Of a stretch of 64,000 nucleotides of DNA, positions 1 to 9,541 are shown piece after piece; position 1 is the first letter of the stretch, and every line of letters starts with the position of its first letter. The stretch is from assembly GCA_963708025.1 (NCBI GenBank), contig CAVPSB010000022.1:64001-128000 (forward strand). The letters run 5' to 3'. Below the pieces are notes generated by a model. The model was not told the DNA's origin, did not search any database, and was given only the letters and a program-made list of their open reading frames with translations. A program made the translations under genes and the position numbers. The stretch is from an uncultured Candidatus Rokubacteria bacterium. GTDB taxonomy: Bacteria > Methylomirabilota > Methylomirabilia > Rokubacteriales > DASRDR01.

Positions 1-331
1 ACACGTCGCGGAACTTGAGCCCGTAGCCGACGTTCTCGGCGACCGTCCGGTGGGGCCAGACGGCGTAGGACTGGAAGATCATGCTCATGCCGCGGCGCTC
101 GGGCGGCACCGCGGAGCCCGGCCCCGAGAGGCGGCGCTCCCCCACCCAGATCTCCCCCGCGTCGGGCTCCAGGAACCCCGCCACCAGGCGGAGCGTCGTC
201 GTCTTGCCGCACCCCGACGGCCCGAGCAGGGAGACCACCTCGCCGTGGCGGACCTCGAGCGTCAGGTCCCGCACCGCGGCGACGTCGGCGCCGAATCGCT
301 TGCTGAGTTCCCTCAGGCTGACGTCCGCCAT
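1..331 (-). CDS. ABC transporter ATP-binding protein, Fe3+/polyamine (FbpC/PotA-like) family; 3' part runs off the window
   Basis: Manual translation from ATG at 331 gives MADVSLRELSKRFG...LLGPSGCGKTTTLRLVAGF (Walker A)...MIFQSYAVWPH. It follows the permease and binding protein. Confidence 0.88.
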   Translation of the reverse strand, partial: MADVSLRELSKRFGADVAAVRDLTLEVRHGEVVSLLGPSGCGKTTTLRLVAGFLEPDAGEIWVGERRLSGPGSAVPPERRGMSMIFQSYAVWPHRTVAENVGYGLKFRDV

Positions 332-338
332 CAGTATT

Positions 339-400
339 GGGACCTCCCGCCCACCCCCCCAGCCCCCCTCCCCCACCCACCGGGGGGAGGGGGGGGCCGG
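339..400. repeat. Palindromic intergenic repeat, family C (backbone-only copy)
   Basis: GGGACCTCCCGCCCACCC is identical to 47786-47803. CCCCCCTCCCC...GGGGGGAGGGGGG forms a stem. Confidence 0.6.
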
Positions 401-421
401 AAGCATCGATCCCACGCGTTC

Positions 422-2113
422 TCAGACCTGAAGGAACCGCTTCCCCAGGAACCGCTGGCCTACGGCGACGATGACGAGGGTGATCAGGAGGAGCAGCACC
501 CCCAGGCTGGAGACCGCCTCCCACAGCCCCTCCTCGTAGAGGGTGTAGATGACGACGGAGACCACCCGGGAGCGCGCCGTGAAGAGCAGGATCGAGGAGG
601 ACAGCTCCCGGAGGCTCGGCAGGAAGACGAGCAGCCAGGCCGAGGCGAGCCCGGCCCCCAGGAGCGGCACCGTCACGTCCTTCACGGCCGTGAGCCGGCC
701 GGCGCCCAGGATCCGCGCGGCGTCCTCCAGGTCCGGGTGGACCGTCGACATCGCCGCCGCGCAGGCGGTGTAGGCGACCGGCAGGTACTTGGTCAGGTAA
801 GCGACGAAGATGATCCAGATCGTGCCGTAGAGGAGGAGCGGCGGCCGCGAGTAGGCGGTGAAGAGCCCGATCGACAGCACGATGCCCGGCACCGCCAGCG
901 GGGCCGTGGCCAGGAAGGCGAGCAGGCGGGCGCCCCGCAGGAGCCGCCGGTGCGCGACGTAGGCGATCCCGGCCATCAGCAGCGCCGCCAGCGTGGCGGT
1001 CACGAACCCCAGCAGCAGCGTGTTGACGATGGCCGAGCGCGTCGGGTCGTACTCGAACAGGACGAAGCGGAAGTTGCGCAGCGTGAGGTTCTCCCAGCTC
1101 CAGCCGAGCCCCCACGCCTTGGCCAGCGCCGCCCGGAGCAGCGCGAAGTACGGAAGGACGATCCCGCAGCCGAGGACCACGGCGCAGCCGCCGAGCGCGG
1201 GCCAGCGCCAGCGGCCCAGGGCCACCGGGCGGGGAGCGGTGCCGCGCCCACCGACCGTGGTGTAGGTACGGCGGCCGACGAGCCGCCGCTGGATCCAGAG
1301 GAGGCCGGCCGCGCAGACGAGGAGCGGCATCGCGTAGGCGGCGGCCACCTCGACCTTCGGCGGGTAGTGAAAGAAGGCCCAGAGCTGGGTGGTCATGACG
1401 TGGAAGCGGGCGGGCAGCGCGAGCATCGCCGGGGCGCCGAAGAGCACCAGCGTCTCCAGGAACGCCAGGATGAACCCACCCGCGATCGCCGGGACGGCCA
1501 GGGGGAACGTCACGTCGCGCAGGACCGACCACCGGCCGGCGCCGGCGATGCGGGCCGCGTCCTCCAGGTCGGCCGGCGTGGCGGTGAGCGCGGCCCCGGT
1601 CAGGATGAAGACGACCGGGAACGTGTAGAGGCTCGTCACGAAGATGAGCCCGGTCATCGAGAAGATGTTGACGAGGGGCGCCTCGGCGCCGGTCAGCGCG
1701 CGCCAGAGCACGTTGACGAGGCCGGCGTTGGGGCCGGCCAGGATGACCCAGGCGGTGGCGCCCAGGAAGGACGGCGTGACGAAGGCCGCGACGGTGAGCG
1801 TGCGGATCGCGTCCTTCCCCGGCAGGTCGGTGCGGCCGACCAGCCAGGCCATCGGGGCGCCGATCAGGACGCTCAGGATGCCGACCGCCGTCGCGTAGAC
1901 GAAGGAGTTCACGATCGGCCCCCGGTAGATCGGCCGCCCGAAGGCGGCCACGAAGTTGGCCAGGCTGGGGCCGCCCGGCGTGCTGAAGCTCGAGGCCACC
2001 AGGATGCCGAGCGGCGCCACGACCAGGACGGCGAGGACGGCGGCGTTGAGGAGCCAGACGAGCGCGCTCGCGTCGACCGCCCTCGCCCCTCTGACGCCGC
2101 CGTCCGGAGCCAT
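422..2113 (-). CDS. Iron(III)-type ABC transporter permease (FbpB-like, two BPD_transp domains)
   Basis: C-terminal 563 aa of the 422..3637 ORF, from MAPDGG. Two DLEDAARI.GAG (EAA) loops and many TM helices. TGATG coupling to the upstream gene. Confidence 0.9.
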   Translation of the reverse strand: MAPDGGVRGARAVDASALVWLLNAAVLAVLVVAPLGILVASSFSTPGGPSLANFVAAFGRPIYRGPIVNSFVYATAVGILSVLIGAPMAWLVGRTDLPGKDAIRTLTVAAFVTPSFLGATAWVILAGPNAGLVNVLWRALTGAEAPLVNIFSMTGLIFVTSLYTFPVVFILTGAALTATPADLEDAARIAGAGRWSVLRDVTFPLAVPAIAGGFILAFLETLVLFGAPAMLALPARFHVMTTQLWAFFHYPPKVEVAAAYAMPLLVCAAGLLWIQRRLVGRRTYTTVGGRGTAPRPVALGRWRWPALGGCAVVLGCGIVLPYFALLRAALAKAWGLGWSWENLTLRNFRFVLFEYDPTRSAIVNTLLLGFVTATLAALLMAGIAYVAHRRLLRGARLLAFLATAPLAVPGIVLSIGLFTAYSRPPLLLYGTIWIIFVAYLTKYLPVAYTACAAAMSTVHPDLEDAARILGAGRLTAVKDVTVPLLGAGLASAWLLVFLPSLRELSSSILLFTARSRVVSVVIYTLYEEGLWEAVSSLGVLLLLITLVIVAVGQRFLGKRFLQV

Positions 2114-3126
2114 CACACCCCGAACAGCTCGCGGAACTTCGTCTTGATCTCCTCGTTCCGCTTCAGGATCTCCTCGGGGTCGGCCGGCAGGAGCTTGAGC
2201 TCCTTGAGCGGCCGCTTGTCCTTGGCGTAGGCGACTTCCTCGTTCGGCACGTAGAGGCCGTCGTCCACGAGGATCTGCTGGGCCTCCTTCCCGAAGAGCC
2301 AGTCGGTGAAGACCCGGGCGGCGTTGGGGTGCGGGGCCCGGGCCAGGACCGCGTTGGCCGACGAGACGAACGGCACCCCCTCCTCGGGAAAGATGATCTC
2401 GATCGGGTTCCCCTTCTTGAGCGCCCGGTAGAGGTTGTACTCGGCCGACGCGCCGGCCCACGCCTCGCCGCCGGCGATCTTCATCGGCGGGTCCTCGGCC
2501 GACTGGACGACCAGCGGCTGGTTCTTGGCCAGCGCGGCGAAGTAGTCCCAGCCGAACGCGCCCAGGAGCCCGGTCATGCCGGTCAGCACCACGCCGCTGT
2601 AGCCCGGATGGGCCTGGACCAGCTTCCCCTTCCACCGGGGCTCGAGGAGATCCTTCCAGCGCTTCGGGGCTTCCGCCTTGGGAACCTTCTGGGTGTTGAT
2701 CCCGATGACATAGGGGGAGCCGCGGAGGACGGTGTAGAAGCCGTCCTTGTCCTTGAACTCGGCCCGGAAGCGCTCGGCGCCGGCCGGCGCGTACTTGGCG
2801 AGCATCCCCTTGGTCTTGAAGTCCAGGAAGTGGGAGATGTCCGAGGTGTGGACCACGTCGGCGATCCACAGGTTCGCCCCCGCCTCCTGCATGACCTTCT
2901 GGAAGATCCGCTCCGACCCGTCCCGGTTCAGCTCGCAGGTGACGCCGAGACCCTTCTTGTTGAACGTGTCGCACACCTTCTGGGCCAGCGAGAGGCCGAG
3001 CGAGGAGTACCAGACGACCTTCCCTTCCTTCTTCGCCAGCTCCGCCACGCTCTGCGCCGCCGCCGGCGCCGTCCACAGGGCGAGGGCCAGCCCGATGACC
3101 GTCAGTCCCGTCACGACCCGTCGCAT
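2113..3126 (-). CDS. Iron(III)-type ABC transporter substrate-binding protein
   Basis: Signal peptide; AKKEGKVVWYSS, P..WKDLLEP.WKGK and APHPNAARVF.DWL motifs. Confidence 0.88.
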   Translation of the reverse strand: MRRVVTGLTVIGLALALWTAPAAAQSVAELAKKEGKVVWYSSLGLSLAQKVCDTFNKKGLGVTCELNRDGSERIFQKVMQEAGANLWIADVVHTSDISHFLDFKTKGMLAKYAPAGAERFRAEFKDKDGFYTVLRGSPYVIGINTQKVPKAEAPKRWKDLLEPRWKGKLVQAHPGYSGVVLTGMTGLLGAFGWDYFAALAKNQPLVVQSAEDPPMKIAGGEAWAGASAEYNLYRALKKGNPIEIIFPEEGVPFVSSANAVLARAPHPNAARVFTDWLFGKEAQQILVDDGLYVPNEEVAYAKDKRPLKELKLLPADPEEILKRNEEIKTKFRELFGV

Positions 3127-3147
3127 GATTGCCTCCTCCTTGTCGCG

Positions 3148-3957
3148 TCAACCGGCGCCGCGAATCGCGACGCCGCGTCCGAGCCCGCCGTCCACGTCCA
3201 CCGACACCCCCGTGATGTATGCCGCCGCCACCGGCGAGGCCAGGAAGACCACCACCGGCGCGACGTCTTCCTGCGTCCCCAGCCGGCCGAGCGGGACGTT
3301 CTCCCGCGCCAGCGCGGCCGCGGCCTCCTCCTCGCTGACACCCCGCGCCCGGGCGATGCCCGCGATGCGCTCCGACCACCGCTCGTTCTTGATCACGCCG
3401 GGACACACCGCGTTGACCCGGATGCCGTCCGGCGCCAGCTCGACCGCCAGGCTCTCGGTCAGGCTGAGCAGCGCGGCCTTCGTCACGTTGGACGCGATCT
3501 GCCCGAGGCGCGGTCGCTTGCCCGAGAGCGCCGCCACGTTGACGATCCGGCCCCCGCCCTGCCGGCGCATGACCGGTGCGACGGCCCGGCAGAGCCGGAC
3601 GGCCGAGAGCAGGTTCAGCTCCACCGATCGCTGCCATGCCGCGTCGTCGACCGCGTCGAAGGCACGGAGCAGGCCGGCGCCCGCGTTGTTCACCAGGACG
3701 TCGATCCGCCCGTGGCGCTCCAGCGTAGCATCGACCAGCCGCCGGACGTCGTCGGCCCGGGTGACGTCCGCCACCACCGGCTGGGCGGCCGCCCCGCGGG
3801 CGGCGACCTCGGCGGCGACCGCCGTCAGGTCGGCCTCCCCGCGCGCGCAGAGCGCCAGCCGGGCGCCCTCGGCGGCGAACGCCAGCGCGCAGGCGTGGCC
3901 CAGGCCGCGAGAGGCGCCAGTGATCAGGACGACCTGATCCCGGAGTCCCAGGTCCAC
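3148..3957 (-). CDS. SDR family oxidoreductase
   Basis: TGASRGLG, VNNAG, SNVTKAA (the YxxxK Tyr is replaced by Ser), IRVNAVCPG. Confidence 0.9.
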   Translation of the reverse strand: MDLGLRDQVVLITGASRGLGHACALAFAAEGARLALCARGEADLTAVAAEVAARGAAAQPVVADVTRADDVRRLVDATLERHGRIDVLVNNAGAGLLRAFDAVDDAAWQRSVELNLLSAVRLCRAVAPVMRRQGGGRIVNVAALSGKRPRLGQIASNVTKAALLSLTESLAVELAPDGIRVNAVCPGVIKNERWSERIAGIARARGVSEEEAAAALARENVPLGRLGTQEDVAPVVVFLASPVAAAYITGVSVDVDGGLGRGVAIRGAG

Positions 3958-4110
3958 CAGCGCCGCTCCTGCACCGGCATTCTCATGATGGGCTCTCGCG
4001 CGGTGGGCCGCATTGTAGCTCGGCCGGTGGGGGGCCGGGAAGCCTGCCCGCGGGTGCTTCGATCCGGGCGCACAGGACCCTCCGAGTCCCCCGCGCTCCC
4101 CGAGCGCCCC

Positions 4111-4818
4111 TCAGCCAGTCGCCAGGAGGGCGCGAGCGTAAGCCGGGCCCTTCGCCGCGTCCTCGTGCTTGAAGTAGGCGAAGACGTCGAGGCCGGCGGC
4201 GACCCAGTCGTGGCAGCGGGTCCGCCAGCCGGCGAGGTCGGCGGCGCCGTACTCCTCGCGCCGGAGCCGGACGTAGACGAAGCCGGCGGTCAGCACGATG
4301 GGCGCGGGCGCCTCGTCGGTCTCGGCCAGGCAGAGGGCGACACCGTGCTGCCGGAGCACGGCGTAGGTGTCCTCCGCGTACCACGAGGCATGGCGCACCT
4401 CGAGGGCCAGGCGGAACAGCGGCGGGACCAGACGGAGAAAGCCGTCCAGGCGCGGCGCGTCGGCGCGGAAGTTCGGGGGAAGCTGGACGAGGATCGGCCC
4501 GAGCTGCTGCGAGCCGGTCAGGACCGAAACGGTGGCGAGGAACCGCTGGAGCAGGTCCTCGCAGTCACGGAGCCGCTGGACGTGGGTGAGCTTCTGGTTC
4601 AGCTTGACCGCGAACTGGAACCCGGGGGGAACCGCAGCCGCCCACTCCCGGAGAGTGCGCTCGGCCGGCATCCGGTAAAAGGTGTGGTTGATCTCGACGG
4701 TCGGCAGCTCCCGGCTGTAGAAGGCGAGCATCTCCTTGGCCGGCAGCCGGTCGGGATAGAACCCGCCCCGCCAGGCCGGGTAGGCGTAACCGGAGGTGCC
4801 GACGCGGAGAGCCGCCAC
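4111..4818 (-). CDS. DUF72 family protein
   Basis: VGTSGYAY..W.G.FYP, TVEINHTFYR, GPILVQLPP, EVRH.SW, YVRLR. Confidence 0.9.
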   Translation of the reverse strand: MAALRVGTSGYAYPAWRGGFYPDRLPAKEMLAFYSRELPTVEINHTFYRMPAERTLREWAAAVPPGFQFAVKLNQKLTHVQRLRDCEDLLQRFLATVSVLTGSQQLGPILVQLPPNFRADAPRLDGFLRLVPPLFRLALEVRHASWYAEDTYAVLRQHGVALCLAETDEAPAPIVLTAGFVYVRLRREEYGAADLAGWRTRCHDWVAAGLDVFAYFKHEDAAKGPAYARALLATG

Positions 4819-4885
4819 GCCGCTTTGCTATCATGGAACCGCTTCGCGCGCCCAGCGTCTTTTCGAGCGCCGACACGGAGGCTCC

Positions 4886-5401
4886 ATGACCGTCCGGGAC
4901 GCGACCGCGGCGGACGCCGCCGCCATCTGCCGGATCTACAACCAGGGGATCCAGGACCGGGTCGCCACGCTGGAGACCGAGGAACGGACCCCCGAGGAGC
5001 GGGCGGCGTGGTTGGCCGCGCGCGGGCCACGGCACCCGGTCGTGGTCGCGGCGGCCCCGGCCGCCGACGGGTCCGAGGTGGTCGGGTGGGCCAGCCTGAA
5101 CGTCTTCAACCCGCGCCGCGCCTACGACCACGTCGCCGACCTCTCGATCTACGTCGAGCGGGGCTGGCGGGGACGGGGCGTCGGACGCCGGCTCCTCGAG
5201 GCGCTGATCGCCCGGGCCCGGGAGCTCGGCTACCACAAGCTGATCCTCTCGGCGTTCCCGTTCAACGAGGCAGGCATGGCGGCCTACCGGCGGGCCGGGT
5301 TCCGGGACGTCGGGATCTACCGCGAGCAGGGGCTGCTGGACGGCAAGTGGGTCGACACGATCGTCATGGAGAAGATCCTCGACGGCCCCCGCGCCCACTG
5401 A
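4886..5401 (+). CDS. GNAT N-acetyltransferase, phosphinothricin/arsinothricin (ArsN1/Pat-like) family
   Basis: GGAGG RBS before the ATG at 4886; IYNQGIQDRVATLE, SIYV...RGRGVG, GKWVD.IVME. Confidence 0.82.
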   Translation: MTVRDATAADAAAICRIYNQGIQDRVATLETEERTPEERAAWLAARGPRHPVVVAAAPAADGSEVVGWASLNVFNPRRAYDHVADLSIYVERGWRGRGVGRRLLEALIARARELGYHKLILSAFPFNEAGMAAYRRAGFRDVGIYREQGLLDGKWVDTIVMEKILDGPRAH

Positions 5402-5407
5402 GGGCAC

Positions 5408-5483
5408 GGGTCAGGCCTTTCAATCTCGACGCGCAGCCCGCCCGCTCGCTCGAGCGGATTGTTAAGATTGAAAGGCCTGACCC
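5408..5483. repeat. Inverted-repeat element, family A (copy 1); may also act as a bidirectional terminator
   Basis: GGGTCAGGCCTTTCAATCTCGAC...GTTAAGATTGAAAGGCCTGACCC (21/23 IR) between convergent genes. Second copy at 37154-37245. Confidence 0.8.
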
Positions 5484-5489
5484 CCCCTT

Positions 5490-6221
5490 TCAGGGGCGAA
5501 CGAGGCCCTCTCGGATCGCGTAGCGGACCAGCTGGGCCGCGTTGCCCAGCTCGAGCTTCCGGAAGATGTTCTGCCGGTGGGTCTCGATCGTCTTCAGGCT
5601 CGTGCCCAGCTTGTCAGCGATCTCCTTCGAGGTCATGCCTTCCGCGATGTGCCGGATGATCTCCAGCTCCCGGGGCGTGACCCGACTCCCGCGCTCGCGC
5701 CCGACCCGCCCGATCCGCCGGTCCCCGCCCAGCTCGTAGACAGCCAGGACCCGCCAGAACGCGAAGTGCTGGATGCGGAGCAGCGCCAGCAGCGTGTGGG
5801 CGAGGCCCGGGGTCACCCGGAGCGAGTTCATGAGGACCTGGGCCACGGCCTCCTGGTGCGCCTCCAAGAAGGCCAGGAGCCGCTCGGAGCCGAGGCGGTC
5901 GCGGGAGAACTCCAGGGCGATCTCTTCGATGGCGCTGGTGTAGGCCCGGAAGTCGCGGCGAATGAAGGCCCGGTGGATGCGCTCCAGCACCCGGGGAGCG
6001 AGGTCGGCCTCCCGCGGGGTCCAGTCACGGCCCGCCACATCGCGATAACGGGTGCGCCAGTGGCGGATCACCACGTCGCGGTCGCGCTCGAGACGGGCGA
6101 AGGCGGTCGCGACGGCGTGCTGGGCGGGGCCGGCCAGCGAGAAGCCCGGGGGAAGGGCGGAGCCCCGCTCGACGGCGGGGTCCCGCTCCGACGGAGTGCG
6201 CTGGGCGCCTGTCCTGGCCAT
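5490..6221 (-). CDS. LuxR-family HTH regulator with a non-receiver all-helical N-terminal domain
   Basis: GGAGG-preceded MARTGAQ start. C-terminal TPRELEIIRHIAEGMTSKEIADKLGTSLKTIETHRQNIFRKL is a GerE/LuxR HTH. Confidence 0.82.
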   Translation of the reverse strand: MARTGAQRTPSERDPAVERGSALPPGFSLAGPAQHAVATAFARLERDRDVVIRHWRTRYRDVAGRDWTPREADLAPRVLERIHRAFIRRDFRAYTSAIEEIALEFSRDRLGSERLLAFLEAHQEAVAQVLMNSLRVTPGLAHTLLALLRIQHFAFWRVLAVYELGGDRRIGRVGRERGSRVTPRELEIIRHIAEGMTSKEIADKLGTSLKTIETHRQNIFRKLELGNAAQLVRYAIREGLVRP

Positions 6222-6256
6222 GGCCTCCACGCGTTCCCGACCCGACCTCGCCGGGC

Positions 6257-7519
6257 TCAGAACGGCACCAGGGCGCCGCCCGCGTCGAACGCCAGGGGCG
6301 CCGGCCCGCTGACCTGCGCGAGGTCGTCCCGCTTGGCGACGTCCCCCAGCAACGCCTCCGACACCTCGACCTCGGCCAGGCGCAGGGTGTTCTTGACCCG
6401 CACGACACGCGCCTCCTCGACCCGCTCGAGGCCGAGGCACGACAGCGCCACCGCGATGGCGTCCCGGTCCGTCTCCAGGACCGGGGGCAGCTTGGCGCCG
6501 GCCGGGGAGCAGGCGGTGAGACAGTTGATGTACGTCGCGTTCCAGTCGACCTTGTTGGCCAGCCGCCGGGTGGTGAAGTCGGCGTTGCCGATCCCGGTGG
6601 CGTTCCCGTTGGTGTGCGGCGTCAGGTCGCACACCACGATGAAGGTGATCCGGGGGCTCGGGAACGGCGGCTCGAAGAAGGTGCCGTGCCGGCCGATGAT
6701 GTTCGAGTCCATGCCGGCGCCGGAGACGTCCTTGCCCATCTCGTCGACCACCAGGAGGTCGAGCTGCTCGAACGGGAGCCGGGCCATCCAGGACTTGGCC
6801 TCCTTGAGGAGCGCCCGCTCGCCCGCCTCCAGGTCGGCCGGCAGGAAGGCCTGGACCTTGGCCGTCTCGTCGTAGCCGTTCTCGAGGATCCCGAGCCCGA
6901 AGGCGATCCGCGCCTTCCGCAGCATCTCCCGGCCGACCTCGCCGATGACGGTCTCGTAGCGGTGCCGGACGTTGGCCCGGTGGGCCTGGATCGCGCCCCG
7001 GTGCTTGCCGAGGCCGATCGTCATCATCTTGAACAGGCCCGATTCGATGTCGCCCTTGAAGTCGGTGTGAGGCTTGACCCGGTTGACGACGCCGATCCAG
7101 TCCGCCTCGGCCGCGTAGCGGTCGAGCCAGACCGGCAGCCCCAGGGTCTCGCCGACCTGGACGACGTCCATCGTCGCCCGGACCGGGCACCCCATCGTCG
7201 CCTCGGTGACGCCGTAGTGCTCCAGGACGGACAGCTGGCCCTCGGCGGTGCCCCCCCCGTGGCTCCCCATGGCGGGGAAGATGAACGGCTTCGCCCCCAG
7301 CCCTTTCAGGTAGTCCACCGACGCCCGGGCGACGACGTCGATGTTGACGATGCCGCGGCTGCCGACCGACAGGGCCACGGTCTGGCCCGGCTTGATCGGC
7401 AGGCTCAGCCGGCTCAGGGCCTCGCGGACGGCGCTCGGCACGTCGTGAAGCATGGGACCCGGGAACGTCTGCTTGACGCGGGCCATGCGGGGGAACGTAG
7501 ACACGCGCGGGATGCTCAT
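6257..7519 (-). CDS. LarA-like (lactate racemase N-terminal/DUF2088) domain protein
   Basis: VGSRGI, PAMGSHGGGTAEGQ, VNRVKPHTDF, ESGLFKMM.IGLGKH.GA, GKDVSGAGMD.NIIGR, GNA.GIG.AD. Confidence 0.8.
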   Translation of the reverse strand: MSIPRVSTFPRMARVKQTFPGPMLHDVPSAVREALSRLSLPIKPGQTVALSVGSRGIVNIDVVARASVDYLKGLGAKPFIFPAMGSHGGGTAEGQLSVLEHYGVTEATMGCPVRATMDVVQVGETLGLPVWLDRYAAEADWIGVVNRVKPHTDFKGDIESGLFKMMTIGLGKHRGAIQAHRANVRHRYETVIGEVGREMLRKARIAFGLGILENGYDETAKVQAFLPADLEAGERALLKEAKSWMARLPFEQLDLLVVDEMGKDVSGAGMDSNIIGRHGTFFEPPFPSPRITFIVVCDLTPHTNGNATGIGNADFTTRRLANKVDWNATYINCLTACSPAGAKLPPVLETDRDAIAVALSCLGLERVEEARVVRVKNTLRLAEVEVSEALLGDVAKRDDLAQVSGPAPLAFDAGGALVPF

Positions 7520-7536
7520 GGGGCCCTCCTGCTTCG

Positions 7537-7566
7537 AGTCTATCTGTCCCCGTGCGTGGGTGTCAA
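7537..7566 (-). promoter_or_regulatory. Putative sigma70 promoter of the LarA-like gene
   Basis: TTGACA-18 nt-TAGACT on the minus strand, followed by an AGGAGG RBS. Confidence 0.55.
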
Positions 7567-7681
7567 AGGCTCCTCACACAAGCCGGGGATGTAGCAAGAT
7601 CCGTTCCAGTGTTTCCCTTAAGGCGGCGCCCCGGCAAGGGGCAGGTTCCGGCGGGAGGGGGAAGCCCGCTCCCGTTTGGTC

Positions 7682-8545
7682 TCAGAGACCCTGGACGGCG
7701 CCGGAGACCAGCCCGGTGGTCAGGTAGCGGCGGAAGACGTAGTAGAAGATGACGGGGGGGATCGCGTAGATCGTGGACACCGCCATCAGCAGGTTCCAGG
7801 GGGCGTCGTCGCCGGTGAGGAACGTCCCCATCGAGATCGGCAGCGTGAACATCGTCTCGCTCTGGAGGAACAGCACCGCGTACAGGTACTCGTTCCAGGC
7901 GAAGAAGAACGCGTAGGTCCCGATGGCGATCAGTGGGGGCAGCACCAGCGGCAGGTACATCCGGAAGAAGAGCGTGAGGACCCCGGCGCCATCGATGGCC
8001 GCCGACTCGTCGATCTCGGGCGGGATCGTCTTGGCGTAGTCCCACAGGACCCAGAGCGCGTAGGGGGACGCGAAGGTGATCATGGCCAGGATGAGCGACC
8101 AGTAGCTGTCGAGGAGGTCGTAGTCGCCCATGATCTTGAAGAAGGGGATGGACAGGAACGACGACGGGATGATGTAGGTGAAGAGCGTCATCGCCGAGAT
8201 CGCGCGGCCGAGGCCGAACCGGATGCGGCCGAGCGCGAAGCTCCCGAGCGCGGCGACGACCAGGACCCCGGCCATCGTCACCGCCGCCACCACCACGCTG
8301 TTGGTCATCCACCGCCAGAAGAACTTCACGAACACGCTCTCCTGGAAGGCGATGAAGCGATAACTCTCCAGGGTCGGGTGCTTCACGAAATACTCGGGCC
8401 GGAACAGCTCGGTGGTGGGGGTGAACGAGAGGGTCAGCATGTAGTAGATCGGGAACAGCGTCCACACGACCACGATGGCCAGCACGGCCGCCCGGGCGAT
8501 CTGCAGCCCCACGCGGCGAGCGGTGTCCCGGGTGGGGCCGGTCAC
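7682..8545 (-). CDS. Carbohydrate ABC transporter permease (MalG-like)
   Basis: GTG at 8545 overlaps the upstream stop (GTGA); IP.EIDESAAIDGAG, FFAWNEYLYA. Confidence 0.9.
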   Translation of the reverse strand: MTGPTRDTARRVGLQIARAAVLAIVVVWTLFPIYYMLTLSFTPTTELFRPEYFVKHPTLESYRFIAFQESVFVKFFWRWMTNSVVVAAVTMAGVLVVAALGSFALGRIRFGLGRAISAMTLFTYIIPSSFLSIPFFKIMGDYDLLDSYWSLILAMITFASPYALWVLWDYAKTIPPEIDESAAIDGAGVLTLFFRMYLPLVLPPLIAIGTYAFFFAWNEYLYAVLFLQSETMFTLPISMGTFLTGDDAPWNLLMAVSTIYAIPPVIFYYVFRRYLTTGLVSGAVQGL

Positions 8546-9435
8546 TTGATCTTCCGGATCAGGATGAAGATGAACAGCAGCGTGACCGGCAGGGCCGTCG
8601 CGAACACCCCCACTCCCCAGTCGATCTTCCCCATCAGGAAGGTGTACCGGTAGGCCAGCGTCGCCAGCACGTGGGTCGAATCGCCAGGGGCGCCGCCGGT
8701 CAGGAGCCAGACGTTGGTGAAGTCGCCGAGCGTGAAGACCGTCGAGAGCAGCGTGCAGATCAGGTAGATGCCGCTCAGCATGGGGAACGTGATGAACCGG
8801 AAGTTCTGGAGCGCGCTCGCCCCGTCGATCGATGCCGCCTCGTACAGCTCGCGGGGGATCCCCCGCCGGGCGGCCAGCAAGATGACCGTCCAGAACGGCA
8901 GGTACTTCCAGATGTGGAAGACGACCAGGGCCCCGATCGCCATCCACCGCGAGGCGAGCCAGTGGACTGTCCCGACGCCGAGGTCCTCCATGATCAGGTT
9001 CATGATCCCCCACTGGGAGGAGAGCATCCAGCGGATGGACAGGATCCCGGGGAGGACCGGGATGGCCCAGGGCAGGAGGAAGATCGCGGAGAGGAACCGC
9101 ACGCTTCGGGTCTCCGACTGGAGCAGGCCGGAGAGGAGCAGGGCGAGGAAGAGCTTCACGTTGACCGCGATGCCGACGTAGACGATGGTGTTGACGATCG
9201 TCTGGACGTAGATCGGGTCGGAGAAGAGGACCTCGTAGGTGTAGGGATCGAGGCCCTGGGTGACCTCGAAGTAGAGCGGGTAGACGACGAAGAAGAGGAA
9301 GAGCAGGATCAGGGGGAGGCAGAAGAGCAGCCCCTGGAGGTTGCGCGACCGGGGCGCGAAGACCCCGGCCGCGACGGAGGCGGAGCGCCCGAGGAGTCCG
9401 TTGACTCCTCGGGCGCGCGCTACCGCATTCGCCAT
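8542..9435 (-). CDS. Carbohydrate ABC transporter permease (MalF/UgpA-like)
   Basis: LLPWAIP, IWKYLPFW, IPRELYEAASIDGAS, VWLLTGGAPG. Confidence 0.9.
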   Translation of the reverse strand: MANAVARARGVNGLLGRSASVAAGVFAPRSRNLQGLLFCLPLILLFLFFVVYPLYFEVTQGLDPYTYEVLFSDPIYVQTIVNTIVYVGIAVNVKLFLALLLSGLLQSETRSVRFLSAIFLLPWAIPVLPGILSIRWMLSSQWGIMNLIMEDLGVGTVHWLASRWMAIGALVVFHIWKYLPFWTVILLAARRGIPRELYEAASIDGASALQNFRFITFPMLSGIYLICTLLSTVFTLGDFTNVWLLTGGAPGDSTHVLATLAYRYTFLMGKIDWGVGVFATALPVTLLFIFILIRKIK

Positions 9436-9450
9436 TGGCTAGCGGGCGGG

Positions 9451-9495
9451 GCCGATGAGCGTCGCATCGCGTCGTCCTCGGTCGGCGCCGATCCT
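9451..9495. repeat. Truncated copy of repeat family B
   Basis: GCCGATGAGCGTCGCATCGCGTCGTCCTCGGTCGGCGCCGATCCT aligns with the 5' half of the copies at 14982 and 58551 (reverse complement). Confidence 0.6.
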
Positions 9496-9541
9496 AGCGA
9501 GACCATCCTTGCACCCGTGACGGCGCGCCGAGTGCAGCTCC

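Noticed and set aside
50..5523. Very long alternative-frame ORFs (50..2230, 2329..5523, and similar ones such as 47911..51723 and 13312..15996)
   Set aside because: These are shadow ORFs antisense to or out of frame with recognisable genes. They are Arg/Gly/Pro-rich, as expected at high GC.
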